Below are positions 1 to 12,756 of a stretch of 64,000 nucleotides of DNA, in pieces; the first letter of the stretch is position 1, and each line of letters begins with the position of its first letter. The notes beneath the pieces are model-generated. The model was not told the DNA's origin and made no database searches. It worked only from the letters and a program-made list of their open reading frames with translations. Both the position numbers and the translations under genes were made by a program. The DNA is from Antedon mediterranea (taxonomy: Eukaryota; Animalia; Echinodermata), in the NCBI RefSeq assembly GCF_964355755.1, contig NC_092676.1:253788-317787 (forward strand), written 5' to 3'.

Positions 1-766
1 GTGATTTATAAACAAGCAGTCGATTTTTGCCGTGTGGTATTTTTGTTTTGCATGTTTTTGTGTGAAACCATACTGACAACACAGAGAGAAAAGAGTGTTA
101 GTTTCAACGACAATTAAACAAAAACCTTAAAGCCACTTTGTTAGTAGTTGGTATTTATCATCCAAAGTAAGTTTTATGGCGATTATTGTCTAACAATATT
201 TACACTGCAAGATATCAAGATCGCGAGAGGAAAGGCTAGGTAGGCCTAGCCAAAAAGTCAGTGGCTGGCTACGTACTAGGCCTAGGCCTAGCCTAGGCCT
301 CTAGGCCAGGCCTAGCTAGGCTAGCTGGCAGTGACACTGCACTGTCTCTCTAGAGACTGAGAGTGTAAATAGTGTGCATAGTTAGGCCTAAAAACATCAC
401 ACAGTCAGTCGTCGGTGGGGCGATGGGGAATTCAATAGAAGAGGATAGGCCTAGCCTACCCTACTAGCTAGTAGGCCTAGCCTACTAGCCTAGCTAGGCC
501 CTAGTCCGTAAAAAATTGATAAAAAACTACCAGAATTTTATTGCCAATAAATTACTATTTTTAAATTTATAAAACAATTTTAAATAAAGATATTTTACTC
601 TGCTAAATTAATTAATGTATGACATTGGTATTGGATAGGCCTAGTGACATTGTCGTAGTATTTTTCTTAGGCACTCAAAGAACTAAACTAGCCTAAATCA
701 TTAATATATTTAATAAATTAAATCTACATTGCTTTCAGAAGTTGCTGACTAAGTTTGAGAAACCTT

Positions 767-3700
767 ATGTATAGCCTGATGGCTAACTGCTTTGCTTGTA
801 TTAAAAAGCAGCAGGAACCTCCAAAGTAAGTACAGACTCAGATGATTTAAGATCAATTATGACAAATATTAAACCTAAAAATATAAACAGATCATTGCAT
901 ACAAAAGATAATAGCAATTTTGTTTACAATTTGTACACCCTTTACCACAATACTTTCAGGAATAATTAATAATTAAAGCTTATGGATTGATAAAATCATA
1001 TTTAATTACTATATGGCCTAAAAATATTACAAGTTTATAGTAATAAAAATAGTAAGTGGCCTCTGTAACATGTTATTGATATCAAATAGGAAGGTAACAC
1101 TTGTGTTGATTGGTCTGGATAATGCTGGGAAGACAACGGCAATTAAAGGTGTCAAGGGAGGTAGGTTTGAACAATGCTTTGTTTTATGTTGATTATTTGT
1201 ATAGTTTGTGGTTATATGCAGTGATATTTTGTTAGGATAATTAAATTCAAATGTTTTAGTATTATTCAGTTAGGACAAAACCTGTGATCATGGGACTGCT
1301 GACTCTTGTAGTTACAGTAATTATATTACTTTAGCAGTCCCTGACCAATTTTATCTTTGTACACTGTATATATATGTTTTGTTGGTCGAATAAATGAAAA
1401 AATTAAATGATTGACATTCCAAAATGTAGTCAATGATTCAATCTCTTTGTTCTTTCTAACAGAGACCTTTGATAGGTCATTTTCTCTATTATTATGTAAA
1501 TTTGCAATTATTTTTCTTCTATTAGAAGATAACACAGAAGAGCCACCAACGGTTGGTTTTTCAAGTGTGGAGTTCACATTTGAAAAGAAGTTTGAGGTAA
1601 CAGTGTATGATTTAGGTGGTGGCAAGAAGATACGTGATATATGGAAGGATTACTATGCTGAAGTACACGGTGTTGTCTTTGTGTTAGATGCAAGTGATGA
1701 AGACAGAATTGATGAATGTCGGCAAACACTTAAGGAAACATTGCATCATGATAGGGTGCATGGAAAGAGAGTTTTAGTGTAAGTTTTCTACATTAATTCA
1801 GTGATTGGAGTATTTATTTCATCACCACTCAACAGTGACACAGATTTTTAGAACAACATGAAATAAAATTTAATGTAAACGAAAAATTTTACCCTTTTTT
1901 TAGGTTGGCAAACAAACAAGATGTTGATGGCGCTCTTGATGAAGTTGATATTTGTGAGCAACTTGAACTTGAGGAAATGGTCAATGAAAGCAAATGCCCT
2001 TGTCGAGTTGTAAGTTCTCAACCTTTCTGTGCATTTAAGGTTAAATTACAACCATGTAGTTATGAAAATCACAGCATCAGAATGATACCTATTTCATTTA
2101 TTACCGTATATTTCGGTGTATAAGTCGCACTTTTGACACGCAAATTTGACCTCTAAATTAAGGGTGCGTCTTATACACCGAACATAAATGCCTCACCACA
2201 CAGATTATACATAGGCCTAGGCTATCGTCACCTCGTTTGCTAGGCCTGAGTAGGCTAGGCCTAGCTACAGTAACTAACTAACGTAACGGCAACCTGCTTC
2301 TGCCTAGTTTTCAAGTCATTTTAGCATGATGTTATACTAAATATGATGAAAAGATTTGTTCATTATGGCGCTCCGATAAAATTTCATTTGTAAACGTTTA
2401 CGTCGTACGATTGGAATAGTATTTATTTATACAGTAGTTATACGCACGATCGCCGTACCCCAAGCGCAAGCCCTTCTTTTGGTGGCACATGGTGTACGGT
2501 ATTTGACTAATATATTCTCCAGGTGATTATAGCATGGACCTAGAGCGTAAACACTTCTCGGATACTGTACATAGATACTAATCGAATACGATTGTCCGTG
2601 AAAACGTGCGCCCTCTCGAAATGATCGAGCGAGGCTAGCCCACACACGTGCGTGTTACACACACGGTCATGCACTCGATGTTGCGGCGAAACTCATGAAT
2701 AACAAGTTAGAAAGAACTTGTTGAGGCTGGGCGCGGCCGAGCCTAGGTAAGAAAAAACCTAAATAAAGGACGCCGTTGTAGATATAACAAAATATATTAT
2801 TACAATAATATTGATTACAATTTAAAAAAACATTTTTTTGATGAAATATAAGGTGCGTCTTATACATCGACGATATAAAAAATACCGATATTTTACTCTC
2901 AGTTGGGGGTGCGTCTTATACACAGGTGCGACTTATACACCGAAATATACGGTAATTGTAGTGTATCCATTTCTAATATTGGAATTGTCTTTGATAGGAA
3001 ACCTGCACAGCTCTTCAAGGTTTTGGAAAGAAGTTGGACAAGGCGATACATCAGGGGTTTAAATGGTTATTACACGGAATGGCTGAAGATTGGGAAGAAC
3101 TAAGTGAACGAGTAGACAGAGAATATACAGAACAAAGAGAAGCTGCAAGAAAATATAAAAAAGAACGACTAGAACAAATTAGGAGACAAAAAGAAGAAAG
3201 GTATGTATTTAATGTGTTTGATTCTTTCATATGATACAAACATGCACAAGTGGAGTTGAGTGAAGACTCTACATACATTTTAATTTTAAAAAGAAAAAAA
3301 AATGACAAGTTTAATTGAATCATAAAGCCTAAAAGGAACTTAATATGAGTGTAAAAACATAAAATAATATTTTGGCTTTAATTGGTGATTTCAGAGAGAA
3401 AAGAGAAAAAGAAGAACGAGAAAGGAATGGAGAAGTAGTAGAAGAATCAGAGGAAGAAGATGTTATTACAGGGGATCCATTCAAGCAAGTCGACCAAACT
3501 TATTTTGAAGATCTTGTAAGTTTAATGATATTTCGAAATTATTTGACAAATAAACTGTTCCAAAATTTTAAAAAGATAAAATATTTGTGGTCAATTGAAT
3601 GAAGCCCGATACATCATAAACATATAAAGACATTTTTTGTCTTTTCCTTTGTAGAAAAATAAAAAAGCTAAGAAAAAACAACTGGAAAAAGAGCGCAAAG

Positions 3701-4907
3701 AAACAGAAAGTGTAAAGAAATCTAAGTCGCCTAGGTTACAGGAAGAAGACATAAGTGATGAAAGGACTAAAACTAACGGTAGTATTGTAGTGGATAAACC
3801 AAGAACTAAAAAAAAGAAGAAAAAATCACCAAGAGGAGTTGAAAACAATGCTTTTGACGATCAAGATTCTCAAGATTATGTTGTTAAAAAAAATAAGAAA
3901 AATATTATGAAATCTGAATCAGAAGAAGAGGTTGTTGTTGTTAATAAGAAAAAGAAAAAGAAAACAAAAAAGACGGACGATGAAGATGAAATGGAATTAA
4001 GTTCAAGGAATGATTTAACCAATAGATCAACTCAACCTGAATTGTCACAAGAGGAAGGTAAATCTTCATTTAATTTAAATTGTAACCAGTAATTTGTCAC
4101 CTAATGCAATATCTAACCAGTAATTTGTCACCCAATTCAAGATTAAACCCACCAGAGAGTGGTTGATGATTAAAGATTCGCCATTTTCTACCAATTAATT
4201 TACATACTTTCTATGTATTTATATTCAAAAAAATTTTATATGATGTCTTTGTTCTCAAATAAATGATTAACTTGTTAAACAGTAAACAAATTGACAATCC
4301 ACCATCTTACTATGATTTAACAATATATAAATGGGAAAAGTATGGCCTTCTAATTTAATATTGTTTATGATTTAATTTAATTCACAAGTATTTATCAGTT
4401 ATTTTTGTTTTGTCTTAGATGAATCAAATGTGAAGAAAAAGAAGAAGAAAAAGAAGTTAAAAAAGAACAACAAAACGGCTCCAATGCCTGTAGATGGCAT
4501 TGATGAAGGGAAGGCACCAGGCCTTCCTAATCCGTTGGGCTCACCCCCATGGGCCAACGCTTCTGGACAAAAGAATAGTTTTATAAAAGCCTCCAAACAA
4601 CCCACGCTGGAACCGTTATTTGAAGGGAATTCTCGTAAACTTAGTCCAATCTCTAATTCAAAACTAGAACCAATTAAACAAAGTAAGTTTCATTTAAAAT
4701 ATTTAAGATATTATAAATATGATATGAATTATTATTGTTTTATAGTGTGCATGATGGTAATAACAACAATCGTAAATTATCTGATAAAAAAATGTTATAA
4801 TTTAATGTTGTTATTTTCCAGGTTCGAATCACAATTGGAGTCTGGACCTTCCTGAAATACCAAACAGAAGAAAACCAAACACAGATGATGATGACATCAT
4901 CGTTTAG
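767..4907 (+). CDS. ARL13B: ADP-ribosylation factor-like protein 13B (ciliary small GTPase), ~521 aa, 9 coding exons
   Basis: Exons 767-825, 1090-1160, 1526-1778, 1904-2009, 2998-3200, 3395-3515, 3655-4057, 4419-4682, 4822-4907; all introns GT-AG with consistent phases (1566 nt). N-terminus MYSLMANCFAC (palmitoylation cysteines), G1 GLDNAGKT, G3 DLGGG (Gly in place of the catalytic Gln, typical of ARL13), G4 NKQD, coiled coil, K-rich then P-rich tail ending RRKPNTDDDDIIV. A probable non-coding exon ends at 166 (GTAAG at 167). Confidence 0.95.
2104..2952. mobile_element. Non-autonomous Tc1/mariner (pogo/Tigger-like) MITE in an ARL13B intron
   Basis: Perfect 27-bp terminal inverted repeats CCGTATATTTCGGTGTATAAGTCGCAC, flanked by TA on both sides (2102-2103, 2953-2954). 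Internal subterminal repeats GGTGCGTCTTATACA near 2163, 2852 and 2908. No transposase ORF. Confidence 0.88.
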
Positions 4908-5804
4908 GTCATCTGGTTGACCTTTGACCTAGTCTTAACGCTCGGTGATTCTGCTCTTCCATCTGGCTGATATAGCAGATCTGAATTCAGTTTTAGAACA
5001 TATTTATTTTAACACTTTTTTCAATAAAATTACAAATGCATTTTATTAATGTAATATTGTATATTGATGTAATATTGTATATTGATGTCCACTAAATTGT
5101 TTTATACTTTGTATTGTTTTTTAGATATATTTTTTTATATATATTTATTCATTGTCAAATTTGAAGTGAATACTATATTTAAACAAAGCAAAATCAGATA
5201 AAATGATTTAGTAAGTAAAAGCAAACATTTAACAAGAGGCATTTGAATATTAGTTCATCATTTATAAAATGGTATATAGTAAACCTTGATTTTCAAACTT
5301 TGCTATTTTTAACAGTTTTGATGTTTTTAACAAGTGTATAAATACCTTTTCATATGTAATTTGTTTGTAGCGTTATAAAATGTGCTCAACTTAATTTTTT
5401 TTTCTATCTGTCATTTTCCATATTCATGGATTGGGATTTTTGATTTGCATCTCAGTACAATATTTTGATATGATTTATTTTGTTACACCTTGATACCAAC
5501 GTTTAATATTTGGATTTAAGTGCAATGCTGCTGTCCAAGTACAGTTACATTCCCATATAGTTTTTAGAATAGCAGGCTGGTCTTGTCTATCTTTATTCAT
5601 GTTTTGTGTAAAGACGATAATATTTATGTGTATAAAAAATGATGCACCAAAAGAGGTTGAATAAGTATAATAAATGCTGTTTTAGTTTTGACCATCATTT
5701 GCTAGTGATTAGCATGAACATTAAAAAAAAAAGTAGAATACACAATTCTATTTCCATTTGTGTTTTGTTCAGTTTGTAATATACTTATCAAAATGTTAAA
5801 CATC

Positions 5805-5918
5805 TATTCAACAACATCCTCTAAAGTCCTTCAATGACACCCTATAAAGGCCTCGCTTGGTATTCAACAACATCCTCTAAAGTCCTTCAATGACACCCTA
5901 TAAAGGCCTCGCTTGGTA
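5805..5918. repeat. ~56-bp tandem duplication
   Basis: TATTCAACAACATCCTCTAAAGTCCTTCAATGACACCCTATAAAGGCCTCGCTTGG occurs twice in tandem. Confidence 0.9.
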
Positions 5919-6063
5919 GACATGAATGAAGTCACATTAATAAACTATGTTTATGTGTCATAGATATCAAAGTCTGGTTGTTCTCCCCTGGGGTTATAAT
6001 ACTTATGTTATATAATGTAATGTGCTGCTCTTTGTATAACTTTGTTACAAATCTAGTTACTAG

Positions 6064-6278
6064 TAAATAATGTACTATTTAATCATGTACAGTATTGTTC
6101 TTCACTAGTGATGTAACCAAAATAAGATCTTTGGAGGTGCTTTATTGCTGTATGTGCTTTGATACTGTTTAAATAATGTACTATTTAATCATGTACAGTA
6201 TTGTTCTTCACTAGTGATGTAACCAAAATAAGACCTTTGGAGGTGCTTATTGCTGACGTATGTGCTTTGATACTGTTT
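6064..6278. repeat. ~106-bp tandem duplication
   Basis: TAAATAATGTACTATTTAATCATGTACAGTATTG...GTGCTTTGATACTGTTT is repeated with a few substitutions and indels. Confidence 0.88.
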
Positions 6279-6424
6279 GGGAATTTACCTTTTGTATTCC
6301 ATATTTAATTGTGTTTTGTTTTTGCCCAATTGCTTTATTTTTTTTTTGTGTGGTGATTGTTTGCAGCTCTTCTTAAAGCTATAGTGGGATTGAGAGAAGG
6401 TGAAGCATTAGACACATCAAACAC

Positions 6425-7103
6425 GAAATCTCAATCACATCAATGATTATTGTTTATGTTGCGACAACAATGATTGCCAGAATCAAGAAATCTCAATCAC
6501 ATCAATGTTTATTGTTTATGTTGCGACAATAATGATTGCCAGAATCAAGAAATCTCAATCACATCAATGTTTATTGTTTATGTTGCGACAACAATGATTG
6601 CCAGAATCAAGAAATCTCAATCACATCAATGTTTATTGTTTATGTTGCGACAATAATGATTGCCAGAATCAAGAAATCTCAATCACATCAATGTTTATTG
6701 TTTATGTTGCGACAACAATGATTGCCAGAATCAAGAAATCTCAATCACATCAATGTTTATTGTTTATGTTGCGACAACAATGATTGCCAGAATCAAGAAA
6801 TCTCAATCACATCAATGTTTATTGTTTATGTTGCAACAATAATGATTGCCAGAATCAAGAAATCTCAATCACATCAATGTTTATTGTTTATGTTGCGACA
6901 ATAATGATTGCCAGAATCAAGAAATCTCAATTACATCAATGTTTATTGTTTATGTTGCGACAATAATGATTGCCAGAATCAAGAAATCTCAATCACATCA
7001 ATGTTTATTGTTTCAGTTGCGACAATAATGATTGCCAGAATCAAGAAATCTCAATCACATCAATGTTTATTGTTTCAGTTGCGACAACAATGATTGCCAG
7101 AAT
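6425..7103. repeat. 62-bp minisatellite, ~11 copies
   Basis: Unit GAAATCTCAATCACATCAATGTTTATTGTTTATGTTGCGACAA(C/T)AATGATTGCCAGAATCAA. It explains the staggered MPESRNLNH ORFs in the ORF track. Confidence 0.97.
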
Positions 7104-8049
7104 ATGGAATGATTCTATGTATGGATACCAAAATCAATTTTGTTATTGAAAACATTTTAACAGATGTTTACATGATAATAAATAACCTTAAATTAAATGC
7201 TTAGATGTGGTAGAAAAGTAAATAGAAAATAGTGAAAGTTAAATTATGGATGAATTAAGCTACACTAAAGCCCTAAATCCATATGAACAATTATACCAAA
7301 ATAAATTCTGAAAAATAAAAGGGCTTTGATTATGCAACTATAACATAACAAAAATGTCTATTCTAAGAAAACTTCTTCTTTAATACTAATCACCTTATGC
7401 AAATTACATTCCAATATTATATATTAATTCTCAATAAAATGTCTACATCTATCTATTGTTTTGCAGTATTTTGGTGACAAATTGATATCAAAGTGACAAG
7501 TATAAAGACAAGACCTAAAGATGTAAGTTAAATAATGGTTGTTTTTTATTAATGTACTAACACATGCTTTCTTCCATTTGATATGAGAATTAAAAGTCTC
7601 TATTACAATTGCACATTCTAAACAGCTGTCAAATCGGTGGAATATCTAAAAGTCTAAACTAACCCAAGTGTTCTCCCAGTTTAAAAATCATTTCTGGATA
7701 ATTAAGCGATTTATTTAAACAAATAAATTTAGCCTCGGTTTAATCTTGCTTTAAATATTTTTCGATACCGATTTTAACCAATTTATCCTGGTAAATCTTG
7801 CTGGTAAACTTTTGGGGAACACTTAAAACTAAGAACAAGGTAAAAAAATCACGACACAGATAGATTGAAACCCGCAATTGATGGCAGTGGTAATTGCGTT
7901 AACAATTTAGTTTTACTCATCAAAAGAATACACTAATGAACTTGATGTATATTTAAAAATGCAACTATATTACAAGCTTAAATAGAATACAAGAAAATAT
8001 AGCATTTGTACAAAGGAATTTTGGTGCAAGAACCAAATTGGCAAGCCCC

Positions 8050-10561
8050 TTATTTTGATTTTTTATTTTCTATATGACCGTTCATGCTACCATTGTGGGT
8101 TGATTTGGCCGATCCGTTGACATTACCGTTGGTGTCTCCTTGAGCTGTTGTTCGCATACAAGTCATGCTCTCCAGTTTTGGTAGTCTTTCTCGTTTAATG
8201 TATGCATGAATGTAGAAGTTAAAGAATAATGTAGTAATACTAGTTGCATAGATCAACAATGCATAGTGCATCCACTTTGGAAAGTCACAGTCAAAGTAAA
8301 GTGATTGTATACAATGGGCAAATCCAATGAAAAATTGAGTCTGCAATAAAAAAAAACCAGTTTCAATGATATGGAGTAAACCTTATTTTATTTGTATTTC
8401 CATTGAGATTCAGCCACTGATACCCACATTCAGCCACTGATACCCACATTCAGCCACTCATACCCACATTCAGCCACTCATACCCACATTCAGCCACTCA
8501 TACCCACATTCAGCCACTCATACCCACATTCAGCCACTCATACCCACATTTTTCAATAATTTACCTTTTGATTGATATATTATAATTAAGTTATATTGAT
8601 TTATTTATATGTAAATTAATATTTACCAATTGCAATTGAGTGAGGTATCTCTTCCACCAGAGATACTTGTGGAATAAGGGACCACAGGCAGACAGGAAGT
8701 AATAACTGTACATTATAAAATGAATGAAGGAGTTCATCAGAGCGCCAAACCAAGCTGAAAATAAAATGATTATGTTTAAAATATATTCTCCATTAACAAT
8801 ATTATTGAAGTGAGTACAGCACAGAATTGGAATAGAATTTAATAATCATACATGAAAGATTATATATGCATGATTGAAGAGGAAATTGTTTTCCATGTTA
8901 ATTACATGTACCCTGCAATATATTCTAAATAAACAGTAAAAATTAAATTTCAATTTGTATCCAGTAATAAAATAATTTGAGCCATTGAGAGTTACTGAAA
9001 TTTAATCATATCATCTTCCATGCTCAAATCAATAATTCATCAGATAGGATTCAATGATTATCATTGTGTACATTTTTATAAGTTCACCCACATAAAATGT
9101 TTGCAAAGCATTTTCACAATTTCACCCTAACCACCACTTCCTGGGTTGAATCATTTTGTGTTACACCATGGTAATTTTATTTATTGGTCCATGGTTAAAG
9201 CTTAGGATTCACATAATATATCTATGTTTAGAGCACATTACAACATACTTACATTGACCGCCAGCAACCCACTTAACACCAATCCACCAGAGTAGGAACA
9301 TACTAGCATGGTGATACACATGTAGGAAGCTCAGTTGAGAGTTCTTTTTACGTACAATAAAGAAGAACGTATCCAGCATTTCAATACATTTTGAAAAGTA
9401 AAACCACCACATTGCTTTAGCAATCTATAAATATTAAAATGTTAAATTAGCACTAGATCACTTGATGAATGACATTAGTTGGTAAAGATAAAATGTCAAA
9501 TTAGCACTAAGATCACTTGATAAGTTGGTAAATAATAAAATGTCAAATCACTTGATGGTGCACATAAGTTTGGTACAACATTTCTTATTTTGCAAACAAA
9601 ATTTATAAAAACGACTTACCCTCACTTCATATTGATTATCAGAGTAAGAGACAGGTTGACATTGTACATTATATTCTGCCATGTAACCACAATATATACA
9701 CTATAAAAACAAATTATGCAACAAATAAACATTATTGACATTTATGGTTAAGTTTCTCCTCCCAGCAAAATTGCATAATAACAATCTTATTTAAATTCAT
9801 GATTAATCTCACATACATACAAGTTATGAATGATTAATTATAAAGTCATGAATTATCAATATCCCTCATAATACATTATCATATCTTTTAAAATTATTAT
9901 TTATTATTATTTGTGATGAATGCTCACCTCAACAACTATATAAAGTGATAACACTACACAACCAAGGTTATAGATCATCATAACGCCTTTCAATTCAAAT
10001 GGTTCGCGAGATTTCATGACCTTTGGCCCCCAGTAAACCATCAATAGGTACACCAACGTAATAACAATTGTTGGAAGAGGAGACTCCATCAACAGCCAGT
10101 CGGATACTCTTGGGTCTGTAAGAAAAATTACATTTTATTCAAATGTTAAGATAGTGAATTAAAATGATTTAGTATAATTTATACACTTTGGTATATAACA
10201 AATAAAAGATGTATTCATTGAAATGGATAAATTATAAAATAGTTTATCCATCCTGTAATTAATCAAATCTTTATTTGTTCCATATAAAAAATTTTAAAAA
10301 TGGAAAATTGTTTTCCTCTACAGAAAATATGATAAAACAAAACATTCACAATTACATCATACATTTGATAAAATTACAATTAGCAAGTTGCTTGCTATGG
10401 ATGCATATGAAAGAGGTTGAGATAGAAAACACCCATCACTGGGGTTAGACAAAAGAATATTCACACCACATTATGTATAACAATAGCTGCTTACCACTTA
10501 TTGCAACAAAGCCTTCATAAGCCTCAGATATGTGTGACACAGTGTCTTGTACAACCTCCAT
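8050..10561 (-). CDS. ELOVL4: Elongation of very long chain fatty acids protein, ELOVL4-like (copy 1), 308 aa, 6 coding exons
   Basis: Exons (minus) 10561-10495, 10115-9928, 9700-9620, 9424-9253, 8754-8627, 8340-8050; phases close (927 nt). Motifs [15 protein letters not shown] (HxxHH box), [30 protein letters not shown], and a C-terminal KKSK dilysine ER-retrieval signal. Internal exon sizes 188/81/172/128 match the ELOVL4 layout as I recall it. Confidence 0.92.
8410..8550. repeat. 20-bp minisatellite (~7 copies) expanded from an interspersed-repeat end
   Basis: TCAGCCACT(G/C)ATACCCACAT x7. The same motif with its TTGTATCTCCATTGAGAT flank recurs in reverse orientation at ~20392-20450 and ~53947-54003. 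Confidence 0.85.
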
Positions 10562-11446
10562 TGTCTTTTATTGATTTGTTTTACTGTCTTCCAAACTGTG
10601 AAATTCAAATGTTGAGAAACAATTAAAAAGGGCATTATACATTTGATGAGGAACCACAATGTATCTCTCTATATCCACCATTACTAATTAATATTCTTTA
10701 ATTTATTTTTGTCATATTATAATATAATCTTATTAAAATTAGATACAGTTTCTATAGTTACCTAGTTAACAGTTTTAAGTAGATTTTATCTCTTATGAAA
10801 AAAAAAATAGGCTAATGAGTGGATTATTTTTACTCCATGACTATTTTATCTTAATTTCAGATATTTTTGTGAATATATTTTATATTGACATTTATATAAT
10901 ATATTTTTATATTTTTGTCAAACATCGTTTGGTGCTACATGATCAGACAGTGCTGCCTGAAGTGGCAACATCGTTTGGTGCTACAAGATCAGACAGTGCT
11001 GCCTGAAGTGGCAACTTTGATCTTGTTGTTATGTGTTTGTGCAAATAAAATCTAGAAAAGTAAACATGATTAAATATAAAAATGTTTTTATTTAAAAAAA
11101 AAAAGAATAATCTCGATGTAAACACATTATTTAATTTATGTGGTTATAAGCATCTCCGAAGTTACAAGCATGCACCTTTACCTTTTTTTAGGAACCATTT
11201 AAAATAACCGCCTATACTATAGCATCCTATCATTATCAATAGACCATATAAGGCCCGCTAGACTCATACATAGAGATATTATTATATTGTCATGGTAATA
11301 CGATTTCATTTTTTGGTTTACCTTACAAATTTAGCCGCATACTTAAGTTCACGGTACCAGATATAGCCCAACTATAAAACTGTGAACATTGATTATACAA
11401 ATGCATTATAAAAAACGTAAGATAAAGTAAATAAATAGATAAATAC

Positions 11447-12033
11447 CTGAAAAGATTAAAACACGCCCCCGTTTGTTAGTCTGCAGTCTTGTTGCTTAGC
11501 GTGTGCAAAATAAAACTGCACTTGTTGTAGCAGCCGGAAAGCACTCTCCCAGTAAGTGGCCTCATTCATTCAATCAGCCAATCCATGTCTTCGTTATATC
11601 CAAACAAAGACTGATGTTCCTTAAGAAAGCTTGCGTTTCATTCGACACAGCATCTTGCTGGCTTATACCATTTTGCTTGGGGTTTTAATCATGATTCATA
11701 TATTATTATCTATTTTTCGAAATTGTTTTAATTTATTTTGGTGATAACTAAAACTAATTAAGTATGTAATGCATACAAATACAATTAAGCAATTACACTA
11801 TCTTATAGATTATTAATACACTTTCAGATACTAAATAATTGTTTTACCCTATAAATATTGAGATCGCCCACAAACTACCAATAGTAGGAAGGAATCTTCC
11901 GAGCTTTACCGCATCGAGGCAATTTTCTTCGAGGGTGTTCAGTTTATGAAAGACCTGTCAAATCAACATTAAACCCTCCTAGATATAAAGAAACATTTTC
12001 TAAAAGTTATATTTCAGAGGTTTATAAAATTTG
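11447..12033. promoter_or_regulatory. Putative bidirectional promoter and non-coding first exons of the two ELOVL genes
   Basis: Minus-strand donor at 11446 (CAG|GTATTT) and plus-strand donor at 12034 (TTG|GTAAGT). CCAAT boxes at ~11578 and ~11878, and a GC-box-like ACGCCCCC at ~11463. Confidence 0.5.
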
Positions 12034-12350
12034 GTAAGTTAATTTTAATCAAACTGGTAGGTTTTGTGTATGAGGTGCTTTGTGTGGAGATTGGGTCTCT
12101 GCATTGTCTGATTCAAGGAAACCCCGCCATCGTGGAGGAGTATGGTACTAAGTACTGTACTAACTGACCACTAGCTGCATGGTTGGTATGGTGTGATGGG
12201 TTCTATTGTTGGCTATTACATACAGTGACATATGATTGACATATTATTTCATTTTTCTTAATTATGTTTTTTTATTTTTTAGTGCATTTTACAAATAAAT
12301 GATTACAGTTTTTTAAATTTCCTCTGCAAATTTATGCTCTTAAATTAAAG

Positions 12351-12756
12351 TTTTTAAAGACGAATACATTTTTAAATTCTTCGTTTGTTATTTTCCCTAG
12401 ATTATGGGAGCAACTTCCCAATGAAATTAAACAATGTGCTACAATTTCAGACTTTAAAGCCCAACTCATCAAACATTTGATCTCAAAATATTAAGTTGTA
12501 CTGTAATTGTTTATATTGTTTATTCAATGCAGCTTATTTTTAATTGGTGTATCTCATTATAACTTTGTTTTGTTTTGTTTTATTTTGACTTAATTTGTGC
12601 TACTTAGTTTTGTTATTTTTGTATTTTATAAGTAATGATGGAGTAAGAGCAGTTTTCTGTTTGGGCTCATGCCTATTACTTGCTCCTGGCAAGATGAATT
12701 GTAAAATGTACTTTATGAACTTTTGCCGAATAAATATTATTATTATTATTATTATT
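12351..12756 (+). mobile_element. 5'-truncated non-LTR retrotransposon (CR1/L2-like) 3' end
   Basis: Encodes FLKTNTFLNSSFVIFPRLWEQLPNEIKQCATISDFKAQLIKHLISKY* (stop 12492-12494), the LWxxLP...FK C-terminus typical of CR1/L2 ORF2. A 3' UTR follows, ending in AATAAA and an (ATT)n tail. Confidence 0.7.

Noticed and set aside
6474-7093. Eight overlapping ~60-aa ORFs (MPESRNLNH...) that look like a peptide gene family
   Set aside because: Artefact of a 62-bp tandem repeat cycling through three frames; no splice or promoter context.
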